From the NCBI RefSeq assembly GCF_006345805.1, contig NC_043004.1, positions 79,794,001 to 79,858,000 of the forward strand: a stretch of DNA of 64,000 bases, written 5' to 3'. A model generated the notes under the pieces. The model was not told where the DNA came from and searched no databases. It saw only the letters and a program-made list of their open reading frames with translations. The translations under genes and the position numbers were made by a program. Shown piece after piece: positions 49,521 to 63,440 of the stretch (positions are counted from its first letter, which is position 1; each line of letters opens with the position of its first letter). The DNA comes from Octopus sinensis. Its lineage: Eukaryota.

Positions 49521-51879
49521 ACTTTGATGATGATGATGATGATGACGATGATGTTGATGATGATGATGATGATAATAATAATAATAATGATAATAATAAT
49601 AATAATAATATCTGTAAAATCCAGATATTTTACGCTACGTATTTCTTTTGACAGTTCACGGGAAATATATATATACACACACACACACATACACATTATT
49701 GCTCAGAAGAAATAAGAATGGGGCATAGGAAATTCAAATACTAGTTTTTAATATGAGTAACACAGTTATTTATAGTCATTTTGAGTTTCAAAGTTTGAGA
49801 ACTTCTCAACAATTGTGGTTGATCTGCCTGGTAAGTTAGAACACCTGTCAACTTCTTAATGACGTCACCTGAGTAGTTAAACAAGCAACCAATGCTACAG
49901 GTAGGCAGTTTTTCTGCCTTCATCTCTCTCTCTCTCCCTTTCTTTCTTTTCCCTACTCTGCTATCTTCTTGTGGCCATCGTTGAAAACCTAAGAGTTTTT
50001 TTTGTTTTTAAAAAAAACTATTTGTTTTCTGTGGCTTTTTTTTTTAAAGAAAAGACAAAAAAAAAATATTCATCGTACAATTTTAAGAAAGACATTTCTT
50101 TTATATTCAGGAATGGAACTTTAATTAAAGAATCTAAAACTCGACAAGTAAAAAGATGTGTTGACGAGTATATATAAATATATATTATATATTTATACAT
50201 ACTCTAACGCATGCATCAATATACACTTTAACAAACTTTTAAAGTTCTCATTTGGTTAAAAAATTACACCTCTCTCTTAGCATTGTATGGTATTTTATAT
50301 TCCTTTAGATAAACCACATCCCGGATTTTCTACTCAATTCTACCGTCTTGTTGCCGGCATGCCTTATAACTTGTGGTAGGTATCATATCCGTTTTCTTGT
50401 ATTCGTTTGTCTAATTACGGTTCCGTTTTATATATTATATGTGTATTACTTCCTCGGCTTAAATTCCAAACCATCACACTATACCTTTGTTTAGCTGAGG
50501 TTATTAACAATGTCACCATTCGTCGCCATATTTTTACCTGTTGATCATCTTATCTTTTTTAATATAACTTTGTCGCTTTCAATTCTTCTCGCGTTATATG
50601 ATGTGCGCATTATATAATTACAGCACATAAGGTTTCACCTGTCTGTCGCCCCACTTTGCGTCACTTTCGATTGTAATCGAACCCACAGTTCGATCACTGC
50701 TAAACTTTCAATCATTCCCCTCGCTAATGTCACTACAGCTTTAAAACATATCAATGATTCTGTCGTTTTTATTATTATTATTTCCTAAGTTCTAATTAAT
50801 TAATTACAATCTCCAAATACCATCTATTTACTAATAAGTAATATAAACCAACGAGGAAGGAAGCAATGTACGTAGACAAAAGAGACGGTGTCGTTTTCAA
50901 CTTTGGGACTGAAATGAACTGGAGTGGGTGGCTTATAGCGTCTTGTCCCAACTTCAGTCTCTTGGACTTAAGCGTACCCCTAATCCCTTCGTACCTATTT
51001 CCAGTACCGAATTAAATTGTGGTTTTCATCACTTAATTAACCTGGTTTTAGTAGCAGTAATAGTTGTTGTCGTCAGCAGGTTGCAGCTGATATATAAACT
51101 ATAGCATTGCTGTCACCACTTCAAACCGTTACAGTGTTATGTGACATGTCAATAAACGTGCCTAACTTTGCTTCTTTCGTCTTTTCAGGGTCGATAAAAT
51201 AAGTACCACTCAAGTATTGGGGGGGGGGTCGTTGAAATCCACTTGCCCCCTCCTCCAAGACTTCAGGCCTTGTGCCTCAAGTAGAAAGGACTATTAGAAT
51301 TATTAAGATATATAAAACATATTTTCAAAATTCCTGAGGTCGACTTTGCCTTTCATAAACTTAATATTGAAAACCTCATTACGTGTTCAAGTTCATTTTA
51401 CGATAACCTGATGTTGTGCACTACGTGATTCAGAAATCGTTAAATCCCTCCGTGGTCTTCGTCTCGTTCACATAGTACAGAGTGGGGTTTTGTCCGGACC
51501 CCGTTGAGCACTGGATCCAATGCAATCAACTAATCACCTCCCTAAGTATTCCAAACCTTGTGCCTATAGCAGAAAGAATTAGTATCATTTTACTTTTTAC
51601 AACCCTGAAATTAATTTCGATAAACCTAAAAAAGTGAGAAAGCGGGAAACTTCAGGATAAAACGTTTTAGGTTCTCCATTTTTTTCATTTTCTAAGTTGA
51701 TAAAATAGTATTGCTTTGATAGTTTACATTTCTTCTCTTACTGGTTTCAGCCAGAAGCAGTGGCGATGCTCTGGGGCACCACTATTTAATACTCTGCATG
51801 GCATTCAGATGGAATTCGAACTCGCAAACACACAACCAGGACTTCCCTTTTAACGTTCGTGATTAAACCGCTCCGTTAA

Positions 51880-52985
51880 GGGTTGTGATTTGGCAGAATC
51901 GTTAAAGTGCCGGCATTTCTTCCGGCTCTTTACATTCTGAATACAAAGTTCAAACTCCACCGAGGTCAACTTGGCCAAAATTGGAAATTATTATATTATT
52001 ATTTAAAAAGCGACAACTGGCAGAATTAATGAAGCAACGAGGGGAAAAAACAAACATGTTTTGTGGTATTTCTTCTAGGCTTTTTATGTTCTGAGTTCAA
52101 ACCCACAGAGGTCGGCAGTGCCTAAATCAGAAATTATTATTTTAAAGATGGTGAATTGATAGAGTTGTTAGAGCATCGGAAAAAATATTCTGCCGTATTT
52201 CTTCCGAATCTTTATGTACTGTGTTCAGATCCCACATAGGTCAAATTTACCTATCATCTTTGTAGAGAAGATGATAGCAGCGATGAAAACTATTCTCTCA
52301 AAATTACTGGCCTTGTGCTTAAATCAGAAACCTTAAGGTTGGTGGTTTAGCAAAATCGTTAGAGCGTCGAACAAAATGCTATGCTGGCCTTGTGCCAAAA
52401 TTCGAAACCAATATTTAATGCATCGTTGTCTCTCCAAGACTAGGTCTTTGGATTTGACTGTGTCACCTTTCGAAGGAATGCTGTCTAGTTCTTCATATAA
52501 ATATAGCTAGACCTTGTTTTCTAATGTAGGCACAAGACCAGATTTTTTAGGGAGGAGAGAGAGGGAGGGAACAGTTGATTGATACTTATCGATTTATCGT
52601 CCCCGAAAGAATGAAAGGTTAAGTCGACGTGGATGCGATTTGAACTTAGAAAGGGATCTGAAAAATAACAATAAGGCCAGCAATATTAGGGGAAGGGGTA
52701 AGTCGATTGCATCAACTCCAGTGCTCGACTGGTACTTGGTTTATCTACCTCGAAAGAATGAAAGGTGAAGTCGACCATGGTGGATTTGAACTCGGGCCAT
52801 AAAGACGGACGAAATACTACAAACCATTTTGTCTGGTTTGCTAACGATTCCGCCAACTGGTGGTGGTGAAATTTGAACAGGAGAAGGTTTGCCAGTACTT
52901 GGCTGGAAGTTTATTGTATCCACCCCGAAAAGATGAAAGCCAATGCCGACCTTCGTAGGATTTAAATCCAGAATGCAAGGAGCTG
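51880..52985. mobile_element. Cluster of degenerate SINE family A fragments on both strands
   Basis: Several heads (ggcagaatcgttaaag, gttctgagttcaaa) on plus at 51880-52420, and cores (gaaaga.tgaaagg.gaagtcgac) on minus at 52520-52985. Confidence 0.65.
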
Positions 52986-54321
52986 GAACAAATACGCCGA
53001 ACGCTTTTTTTAATCGGCGATACTGTTGTACTTTGATTGGGCAGATTTTATAACCATAGATTTTTCGGTCCTTATACTCGTTTTTAAATTTTTATTTATT
53101 ATTTTCGCAATCCTTGTCTGATATAGTACTATTCTATTTTTTGAAAGAAATTATTATTATTAGTTATAAAACGTAAAGCTGTGAGTTGAGGTAATTTAGC
53201 TGCTATTTCTCGAAAGGTGAGCAACCGCATATGGGCTTTGTCGTTTGCTCTAAAAAAAAAAACAAAAAACAAGCAAAATATTTTTGAATATGAAGAAAAC
53301 ATTACAAAATCAAAGATGAGAACCGTTTTGAGGGATTAATAAAAATTTTTCGGTCATCCGCTTCCTGGTATATTTTAGATAATTTTAGCCACCCGTCTTA
53401 TATATTATGTATATACACACACGAACTCACGTACGTACGTACGTATGGATGGATGGGTGTGTCTTTGGTGGTTCACAAAGGGTGTTGACTGGTAACCCTT
53501 AATGGGCAATCCTTTGGTATTTGAAGACGACGTCATTCAACCACGCAACATTCTTTCCTGACATAAAGAGGCTAGGCTGATAAAAAAAAAAGGTCGGAGG
53601 GAGGTGGATGACGTCATCTACTAATACCGAAGGATTATCCCGTAACCAAGCACGTCGTCAAAGAGTTCGATAGAAGTATAATTACCGGCGTCGATTTGTT
53701 TTGTTAAACCCTGCAGTGGCGGTGCCCCAGCATTGCTGCAGTCCACCCACTTACGTGTGTGTGAGTGTTTGTGTGTGTGAGTGAGTGTATGTTTGTATGA
53801 ATGTGTGTGTGTGTTTAATTTTTGACAACAATTGAAGGATTGTCTCACTTTTGATATTTGAGAAACTCTAACAAATTTCAGACGAGAATCACCTTATTAA
53901 TAATGAAAAAAAGAAAAAGAAAAACAAGAAAACCCTTCTTCGTATCCTTTCTGTTTCACACACACACACACAAAAGAGTCTTAAGCTCTGTTTCTGGGGT
54001 TTCTTTGGGCTTTTCTTACTCAGTTTTTAATCCTTATCAGTTTCAGGTTTGTACCACCCTCACTAAAATATATATTTTTTCAAAAACAAAAGCAATTTTC
54101 TTTTACACAAGAAAAGCTTCTGCATGTCTGTGTTTCTACATTTTATGATAAATCTGACTCAAATCTGTATGGGCGAATTGCAAAATGCCACAATTTTTTT
54201 TTCTTAGATAGCTTTTGTCTCTTGTATAGAAATGCAACACACGGGTGCATGGGTGCATTCGTTTATGGTACACTGGAATGCAACCTTCTATCTCTGTTTT
54301 AAAACAATTATCACAATTTAT

Positions 54322-54670
54322 TTCTTTATTGCCCACAAGGCACTAAACATAGAGGGGACAAACAAGGCCAGACAAAGGGATTAGGTCAATTACATCAACC
54401 CCAGTGCATAACTGGTACTTATTTTATCGACCCCCGAAAGGATGAAAGGCAAAGTCGACCTCGGCAGAATTTGAACTCAGAACGTAGCCGCAGACGAAAT
54501 ACCTAGGGACGAACAAGGACAGACAAATGGTTTAAGTCGATTATATCGACCCCAGTGCGTAACTGGTACTTATTTAATCAACCCTGAAAGGATGAAAGGT
54601 AAAGTCGACCTCGGCGGAATTTGAACTCAGAACATAAAGGCAGACAAAATACCGCTAAGCATTTCACCCA
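54322..54670 (-). mobile_element. Two tandem SINE family A copies
   Basis: The core-to-tail block is duplicated at 54322-54502 and 54505-54670. Confidence 0.85.
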
Positions 54671-54679
54671 GTATTGTGC

Positions 54680-55052
54680 TAAGTGTTTTTACTTGTTTTG
54701 GACATTGGGGCCGCAGTCATGCTGGGGCATCGCCTTGAAGGGTTTTTAGGTTTATCGAATAAATCGACCCCGGGACTCTGTTTCATCTAAAGTTTGATAT
54801 TTATTCTGTTAGTCAATTTTTGCCGAACCGGTAAATTAAGGGAACGTAAACAAACTAACTCCGGTTATCAAGAGGTGAACGGAGAGACAAAGACATGCAC
54901 GCACACACGCGCAATCGGCTTCTTTTAGTTTTCGTGTACCAAATTCACTTACAAGGCAATATAGAAGATACTTGCTGAAGGTACCGCGCAGTGGGATTGA
55001 ACCCAGAACCATGTGTTTGGTAATCAAACTTCTTTCCATACAGCCACACCTG
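54680..55052 (-). mobile_element. SINE family B copy
   Basis: Matches 21902-22352 in reverse. Confidence 0.75.
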
Positions 55053-57161
55053 TATATAAAAAGCTGATTGTAGCAAACACATTCAGGGCCTTTAAAGTCA
55101 TTGAGGAGCTATAACATGGTCTTTTCAGTCTACTAGAAATAGCAGCCAAATCGCTCAGTGTTCCCTATCGCTGTAAAAGGGGAAAAAAATGTACGTGTTG
55201 AATTATTTATCACGTATGTGTACAATGTTTTTTACTTCAACAACAACGAGAAAAACATAGTGGGGGAAGTGAAGAAGGATCAAAGTAAAAAATATATTTG
55301 ATTGATTTGTAGGTTTACTCTGCTCAAGTATAACCACATCAATAATAAATCCAACTTATACCCACCCAGTTAGTATCAATTTAAACAGGTTGCCCCTCCC
55401 TATTTCACCCTACTTTAAAATACAGGACCACCGAGTTAACAATCGGACCTTTGTAATAATAATGAACTTGGTACACTTGTTATTGGCTGCCCAATCGGCT
55501 ACAGTCCATTAAAGATGGTCTTTAATCATCCCATTTTTTGGAAAAGGCGAGACACAGTGTTGCTGGGACTTATTAAATGTCTTTTCTTTCTATTATTTTT
55601 TTGTTTCATAGTTATAGGGAACAGTCTGGGAGCAATTTGGTTGCTATTTCTAATAGGTTAAAATGATCATATTGTTCTCCTTCAAACCACACCCTTTTTT
55701 AAAATTTGTTTTTAGTTTTTACTTAAGGAACGTACATATTAGAATTCCGAGCAGTCTTTCGTCGAAAGTCCATGACGTCACGAGTGAGTGTGTAACAAAT
55801 TGACTTTCATCAGCTCGATAGAGCTAAATAGCCCAACATACATTTGTACACGAGCTCTCTCATCTCTGACGCCATGTACCAGTACTGAGGCATTGCCTAA
55901 AATAAAAAGAATCATAACGTGGTGGTCAAGGCTGGAATGCCTTTGATCACAGCTGATATGGGATGATAACAACAACAGCGACATTACAAACAAAACATTG
56001 GTGGGGAAGTTTGAAAGAGATTTGGCAATCATTTCTAGCAGGTTAAGATCACATACCGGCTTCCATGTGTGTTTTGATGTGAAAGGGTTTATTTCCCAAA
56101 TAAGTCCTGGGGGCGATTTGCTCGACTAAAGGCAGTGCTCCAGCATGGCCACAGTGAAATGACTGAAACAAGTAAAAGAGAGTAACTAACGTTATTTTAG
56201 TAATTCCAGCAAAGATGGGAGACAAGTGTTGACATGTTTCAATCTTGTTAGACCTTTTCTGTAAAGCACAAGGAATAAATGACTTTATGTACCAATTTCT
56301 GTACAAATTTAGGAGGAGGGTAAAGTTTATGAAACTGACTTGATAAGTAAATTTAGGTGCAGCCTGTATGGTTGAAAAGTTCATTTCTCAACTACGTGGT
56401 TTCTGTTCCATCCCACTGCATGGCACCTTGGGCAAGTGTCTTCTTTTATATCTCTGGGTTGACCAAAGTCCTGTGAGTGAATTTGGTATTTGGAGACTAA
56501 ATGAAGCTCACCAAGTGTGTGTGTGTCTTTGTCTTGATGTGCAATAGTTATAACTGAGTGTTACAGGCATACAAGCCATGTCAGTCATTTCCAGTATTCT
56601 ACATAAAAACATTACCTTATTTAGAAACAAGTGAGGTTGGTTAGAGAAAAGGCATAGAAAATCTGTCTATAGGCAATGCATATGACTCGTGCAAGCACAG
56701 AAAAGTATGCTTTAAATGATGATGGTGGTGGTGCTGGTGGTGGTATGTATGCGTGTGGGTGTGTGTATGAGTGATTTTGTGTTTCTTTTGTGTCTAAACT
56801 TGGATTTTGTTTGCCTGCCTCAAACAAAACCCAAGCTGTAAACAATGGCTTCACAATTGGTGTTATTTCCTTGTTGTCCACTGAGAAAGCCTGTCAGAGT
56901 TTTTTGACATGTCTTGGCAGGTTGAATGATCTTGACAAACAAATGGCATGTTTCGGTGTTGTTTCATTTTCAGTTCTTTGTCTAACCAAGTCGTGGTTTG
57001 TTTGATGGAGTTGCAGATTCTTCCCTCACTTGGAAGTTGGTGGGATTTGGCCATAGGAAAAAAACTTTGCTCTAATATACACTTGTGTGAGTATAATGGG
57101 ACAAATATACAAGCATGGAAGAATAAATGGTAAAGCAATAAAGTTGAGGATGATCCTAGAA

Positions 57162-57479
57162 TGGTGGTTCTTAACCAGGGTCCATATAAGATTTTAGGGG
57201 TTCCATGCATGCAAAATAATAAATTTGGGACCTATACTAGTATTTTATGAGTCCATGAAAAGGTTTTGCCTCAGATGTATTTATTGTAAGGAACAACTAG
57301 GTCCTTTGTCTGTTTTCCATAGTTCAACCTACACAAGCCAATGTGTGAAAAACAAAATAGGAATCTTGAAAGAAGTTTCTATAAAATTAGTTTTTAAACA
57401 TTTGTTACTGTTCTGTTGTGGGGGATCCCCATAGCCATTTAAAGGGGGTCCATAGGTGCAAAATAGTCAAGAACCACTC
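57162..57479. mobile_element. hAT-type MITE
   Basis: TIR gtggttcttaac / gtcaagaaccac. Degenerate 8-bp flanks tcctagaa and ttccagaa. Confidence 0.65.
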
Positions 57480-57627
57480 TTCCAGAAGGATGAAAGATAA
57501 AGCTGACTTGAGCAAGAATGAAACTCAGAGAGTAAAGAACTCCAAGGCATCTGACATTCCAGTGATGCTGCCAGTCCATCATTCTTAATGATAATTGTAC
57601 AAAATCTACAGGTGGGGACAACAAGTA

Positions 57628-57832
57628 GATATATGTGTGTGTCTGTGTTTGTCCTCACTACATCGCTTGACAACCGATGCTGGTGTGTTTACATCCCCGT
57701 AACTTAGTAGTTCAGCAAAAGAGACCAATAGAATAAATACTAGGCTTACAAAGAATAAGTCCTGGGATCGACTAAAGGTGGTGCTCCAGCATGGCCACAG
57801 TCAGATGACTGAAACAAGTAAAAATATAGAAT
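57628..57832 (+). mobile_element. SINE family B, 3' half
   Basis: Matches 22140-22352. Confidence 0.85.
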
Positions 57833-57922
57833 AAAAGAATAAAAATAATGAAGAATTTGGTAAAATTTTGTTGTCATCATATATTGTACACTTATGATGA
57901 TAGCATATCGATGACTCCAGAG

Positions 57923-58195
57923 CAGTGATTCCCAAAGTGGGCAGTATTGCCTCCACTGGAAATAGTAGAAAATTCCCTAGGGGTAGCTGAAGGAAAGTAA
58001 GGTGGTAATGGGGTAGCGATTCATATAAAAACAACAAAATCATGGGCTCATCAAGTCTTATTTGTGAAATACAATTGCTTTAGATTTGTTTCACAAAGAG
58101 GTCTATGTTTGTGATGGTTAATTGGGGTTGGGGTGGTAGGAATGTGGCCCGGGTGTCAAGAGGGGTGGCAGCCCGCAAAGGTTCCGGAACCACAA
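57923..58195. mobile_element. Probable hAT-type MITE
   Basis: Left end cagtgattcccaaagtggg with a degenerate right end ggttccggaaccac. No clear TSD. Confidence 0.5.
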
Positions 58196-58436
58196 GTTCT
58201 CCCATTGGATGAAGCTATAGCATTACTCTGTTTTGACTTTAGTATTTTCTTGTCTGAGATATTAAGTTGGTTTACCTTTACCTTCCTCAACTGGATGGCC
58301 ATTGGCCTACAAGAAGTTCATCTAGCCTGGTGTTTAGAACATAATTTGTATGAAATCTGCCATAGATCCAGGACAGTCTCAGACAGACTGGTATCAAAAG
58401 TACAGTCCTATATTTAAGAGATGAGGAATTATGTAT

Positions 58437-58672
58437 ATTATTTACATTTGACGGATATTTGTCCTCATCTTGTTTGTTTCTAACACAACATTTTGGCTGA
58501 TATACCCCATATACCTGGGTTCACATTCCTAAGGTATTTTTCGATGTTGGGAATGAGAACCCAAGTTTGAAATTTCCCCAAGAAACCTGATGGAGATTGG
58601 AGGGTATATCTGCTGAAATGTTGTGTTAGAAACAAACAAGATGAGGACAAATATCCGTCAGATGTAAATAAT
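58437..58672. mobile_element. MITE with about 57-70 bp TIRs
   Basis: 58437-58493 is the reverse complement of 58616-58672 with one mismatch. Pairing extends inward to gatataccc/gggtatatc. Confidence 0.8.
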
Positions 58673-60169
58673 GGTATCAAAAGGCTTAAAGATAGTAAAG
58701 AATTTGATGAGAGGGAGATTTGGCTGTTGGCTATGTAGAAGCTCTCCCACTGACTAATGTTTTCCCTATTTTAAGACCCTTTTGCTACCATATTTCTGTT
58801 GAAGTATTCATGTTGTTCCAGCTGGGTAGACTGGAACAATATAAAATGAAATGTTTTGTTCAAATCCAAAGAAAACAACACTTCATGTGGTCTAAGAATT
58901 GAAACCTCAGTCTTACGATCATGAGTCCAACACCCGAACCACATAGCCACGTACCTCCACAAACACAGGTGATGTAGATGGAATGATTAAAATACATATT
59001 ATGCATTTCATTGTTTTGTTATGCATGTGATTCCTTGGTCCATGGAAAAATTGTTTTGCATGAAACCAGTCTGTGGGGCGAAAAACATAAACATGTTAGG
59101 TACCATTTATCTAAAGGAAAGGGCTGTGCCTGGGGTCACTCAACTGAAGCTGGTGAGAACTATCTTTTGATACCAATTCACCTGAGATGGCCCTTGGTCC
59201 TAGGGCATAAACCTCCTATTTTTAAAGGGATCTAAATTAAAATCTTCCTTCAAAATTTTATGCTAGTTTAAGTTCCGAACATCACCTTATTAATGACAAA
59301 ATTATTTTACTAAAAATCTTAATTGTTCTGAAAATTAATTGATACACAAAAAAAAAGGGGTATATTTCAACAAATATGTTAATGAATGGTTTAAATAAAT
59401 GCAGGTGTGAAGTCAGTGAAGAATAGTACCAAGCAACAGGTGAAGTTAGTGAGAGAGTTGGTATGTACCATAGAAGAGGACGATACCAGTTTGAGTCGTA
59501 CAGGTGTTGGTGGGGGTGGGGGGCAGATAAGTCCAGGTAGTAGTTGGAGGAGGAGGAAGAGGTGGGGGGAGTGCTTAAAGTAACTGGTTATGTAAGTGGC
59601 AGTTCACGCTGTAACTAGTTGCTTAAAAGTAGACATACCTGGCTTTGTTTAATATTATGTATGAAAAGGTTGATAAAGTGAGAACATTTGTATGAGATAT
59701 AACAGACCTCCCTCGCGCCTCGTCGTCTCCACCACCTCCCTTCCTCTATCCCTCCTCGTCTCTTCCTCCTCCCACCACCCCCTCTCTTATAAGTAACACA
59801 AGCAACTTCAATAATCGCTCTCTCTATGTATACATTACTCATAGTAACTGAGGCTTTAAATTCCTTTCTGCTTTTTTTATTATTCCTTTTTCTTTTTTTT
59901 TTTTGTATCTGTTCTAATTCAACTTATTTTTACAAACTTTTGTTTCGTTCTCAGTAACAGAGACATATTAGGTTTCAAATATTGTTAAATATATTGTCGT
60001 TTAGTAAGTTATTGGCTGGGTCCTCCGCACAATATTCGCATTCCTTCTTGACCCTTTTTGTTTGTTTATAAAGAAAACAAACTCACCTAACTTTCCTCTG
60101 TCTTTCCTTCCATTTGTTTCTCCCCAATTTTCTTTTTTCAATCAATTTTTATTTAATTCATGATGTTCC

Positions 60170-60591
60170 GGATCTTTTCGGTTTGACCGGCAGTTTTTTA
60201 AAATAATTTCCACGTAACTAAACACTTTTAAACTTTGTATACTGGTAGAATGTGTTTATAAAACATCTTTTTCTCTTGGCTTTATTGAGAAAATTCTATG
60301 GTTTGTAAGATATTTGTTGTTTTTTTTTCTTCAGTTTCTGCAATTTCAACCAATCAATGACATCTATTGAGGTGAAAACATTCTGTGCCGTATGAATATG
60401 TCCTTCATTTACGAAACAGATTGGGTTTATTTACATTTCTGAAGAAAAAAAGATACTCTTCCCACCACCCCTAACCCTAACTAACCCTAAAACAGATTGA
60501 AATGCAATAGATCGATACTAGGGTCATAATTATGGGTGACAATTTCATATGACACCGTTAGAAAAAACTGCCAGTCAAACCGAAAAGAAAC
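60170..60591. mobile_element. Second copy (inverted) of the TTAGGG-containing TIR element
   Basis: Colinear reverse complement of 22697-23118. Flanked by gatgttcc at 60162-60169 and 60592-60599. Confidence 0.85.
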
Positions 60592-60817
60592 GATGTTCCT
60601 TTTTGCTATTGTGAATGCAACACATCGAGGGAGAAAAGAGTGTTCCAGCCTTGGTTTGTCGTTAAGCAATTTGCTTCCTAACCATATAGTTATGTGTTCA
60701 GACCCACTTCATGGCACCTTGGTCAGTTGTCTTCTACTATAGTCCCTTGGTGACCAGCCTCCTCCATTCCTGTGAAAGGATCTGAGAGATGGAAACTGAA
60801 AGGAGCCATTATTCAGT

Positions 60818-61065
60818 ATTGAAAGGTCACAGTTCTGGTATTGCAGACATGTGATTAGAATGTCGCAAGAAAGAATTCCAAGGTGGATTCTTGAAACCAA
60901 TCCAACCAGTGGGACACTTAGGGGAAGATGAAGAATGAGATGGTTGGATAACATCCATTGTCTTCGTTTGCACACTTGGGAATCCGACAGGAAAGTGTAA
61001 TGGCAGTTGCTTTTGATAGGGGACCCTGTGGAAGAGATCTCTGAGGACTCTATCTTGTGATCCTC
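60818..61065 (+). pseudogene. RTE LINE ORF2 C-terminal fragment
   Basis: IERSQFWYCRHVIRMSQERIPRWILE...RGR*RMRWLDNI matches the RTE C-terminal motif. Confidence 0.75.
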
Positions 61066-62778
61066 GCAGGAATAGGGGTGGAAAAAAATGGATGTGTGCG
61101 TGTGTCTTCTATTTTGTTTCTGTCGTTAGTCCACTCAGCTAGCAAAAGTGAGTGCTACCTGTAATTACCAAGGATCCAGCATTGTCACAGAATCTCCCTG
61201 AGAACTATGTTAAGGGTCAGGGCCAGCTCAAGGTACTGGCAACTAGGGCAGTCATCTGGGGTGTCATGTGCTAGGGGGAATTAAGTAGGGCATGTCAAAG
61301 ACAAGGAAATTTCCATGACCATCAGCTTGTATATGTCAAAGTTCAGTGTGCCCAGGGTGTCAGCAACCCTAGGGCTGGCGCTGTTAAGGGTACACATGTC
61401 TGTGGAGTGCTCAGTCACCTGCATGCAGTGGTGGCTTGTGTATAGGAACTGTGGAACTGCAGCACCCCCTATTTCCACTCAATATTATCGATAACATTCA
61501 ATATAGTGATTCCTTTTTTTTTTAAATTCTTTCTTTATATTTGTACATTATATAATCCTTAAGCTTAACGTCTGTAGCCATCTCCAAGTTTCCTAGTTTA
61601 TGAAAACAATACAAAAATCCTTGTATAGAACTGTGCGCTTCACAGTTCCAGTGACATGGTGTTTGACTGTCATGTGCATGCTCACATGTCCGAGATAGGA
61701 ATCTTCACACTAGGGGGAGAGAGCACTACATGAATGACAATGCCAGGTGAAAGGTAGTGTTTCTTTTTGACTCTGCATGTCTTGTGCTTCAAAAAATCTT
61801 TATATTCTTGGATGTGATAAAGTGTAGAATTAGATTATCCTGCTTCCGGTTTCAGTGTTGCTGCCAGGATTTGAAAAAAAAATAGGGGACATTTCCCCGC
61901 CTTATTTTGTGATTTAGTGGGGATTTTTAGTAAAAAGGGGGGAATTCGCAGTGGTGTTCAGTGAACAAATGAAACACTCTACCTGGCAGTGGCTAAAATG
62001 CGAACCGATCAAGTTTATATATAAATTTTCTTTTTATATGTCTGTTTCCTTATAAATAAAATATTAAATCAACGGCTAAAAATTTTCTCAAGCGACACTC
62101 CCACTAATTTTATCTACAAGCTGCCACTGCTTGCAGGTTAATTTCTCAAGCAAACTCTTTCGTTGATTGGATCAACTGGTACGTTTGGTGTCATAACTTA
62201 CGGAGTGCTAGTTTTTTTTTTTTTTTTTTAAAGTTATTAGGCTGTGACCTTCTTAGCTGAATACTGTAAAGAAATATGCAGTCCAACTATTCATGTATTA
62301 TCTCTCTATATAAGTTTTGTATATACGTCATACCAACAGAGAAAGTGAATGTATGTATGGTTGAGGATTATGAAAATGTATATCATCATCAATATATGAT
62401 TACTAAGTATGATAATATTTCACCTGGGTCAGATGTTTTCATGGACAATTGGAAATGAATGGTATTGTTTGCACAGTGCTAACTCATTTGTGATTATCAT
62501 ACAATGCCAAGGTAAGGAGATTATGACACTCCCCCCTCCCACACATGCATGGTTGGCTTCTTTCAGTTTCCATCTACCAAATCTACTCTCAAGGTTTTGG
62601 TTGCCTCCAGAGCTGCAGTAGAAAAAAACCATTGCTCAAGGTGGTGCTGAACTCAAAACCATGTGGCTCAGAAGCAAATGGCTTTGTGTGTTACTAGGTG
62701 ACTTCAGACACACTGGTGCCCATCCATCCACCACCATGTATATATATGTATGTGTATATATATATATATATATATAAT

Positions 62779-63053
62779 AATAAAATATTAGGGAATAAAT
62801 CCAAATTTACAGGGAAAAATCAGATTTAGGATTGAATCCAATTTTATAGTAAAATATTATATAATATTAATTAGAGACAAAACCACTATTTTGCAAATCA
62901 AACAAGGAAAGACTTAATCAATACATAAAAAGATTTTAATATAAAATAAATAAATAAATATTTATTTATTTATTTACTTTATATAAAAAATTTTTTTATG
63001 TATTGATTAAGTCTTTCCTTGTTTGATTTACAAAATAGTGGTTTTGTCTCTAA

Positions 63054-63065
<12 letters not shown>
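62779..63065. mobile_element. Asymmetric fold-back element in (TA)n
   Basis: Arms 62859-62959 and 62960-63065 form a loopless hairpin centred on aaat|attt, with an 80-bp one-sided extension. Confidence 0.75.
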
Positions 63066-63099
<34 letters not shown>

Positions 63100-63224
63100 G
63101 TATGTATGCGTATATATATGTATGTATGCGTATATATATGTATGTATGTATGCGTATATATATGTATGTATGCGTATATGTATGTATGTATGCGTATATA
63201 TATGTATGTATGTATGTGTATATA

Positions 63225-63440
63225 TAACGGGAAGCTTTATGAAAATAAACAAAAGACGAAGGCAAGTGGAATACAAACAAACAATTGTATTAGTATGGCG
63301 CTCAGGAATAGAAATAGAACAAGTCTTTGACGTTTCGAGCCTACGCTCTTCAACAGAAAGATACACAGAAAAGAAACACAGAAAGAAACAAGGACAGAAA
63401 AAATGCGTGCAGAGGCTAGCGAATCAACATGGCGATCTGT
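63225..63440 (-). mobile_element. PLE-derived repeat carrying an HHR motif
   Basis: Reverse complement of 43905-44120. Confidence 0.8.
63324..63361 (-). ncRNA. Minimal hammerhead motif, variant core, GUC cleavage triplet
   Basis: Minus strand reads UCUUU-CUGUUGA-A-GAGC-GUAG-GCUC-GAAAC-GUC-AAAGA. Confidence 0.6.

Noticed and set aside
62339-62511. Possible plus-strand exon ending at a strong AAG|GTAAGG donor
   Set aside because: The frame from the upstream acceptor stops at 62458, and the alternative peptide (MFSWTIGNEWYCLHSANSFVIIIQCQG) is not recognisable. A splice signal alone is insufficient.
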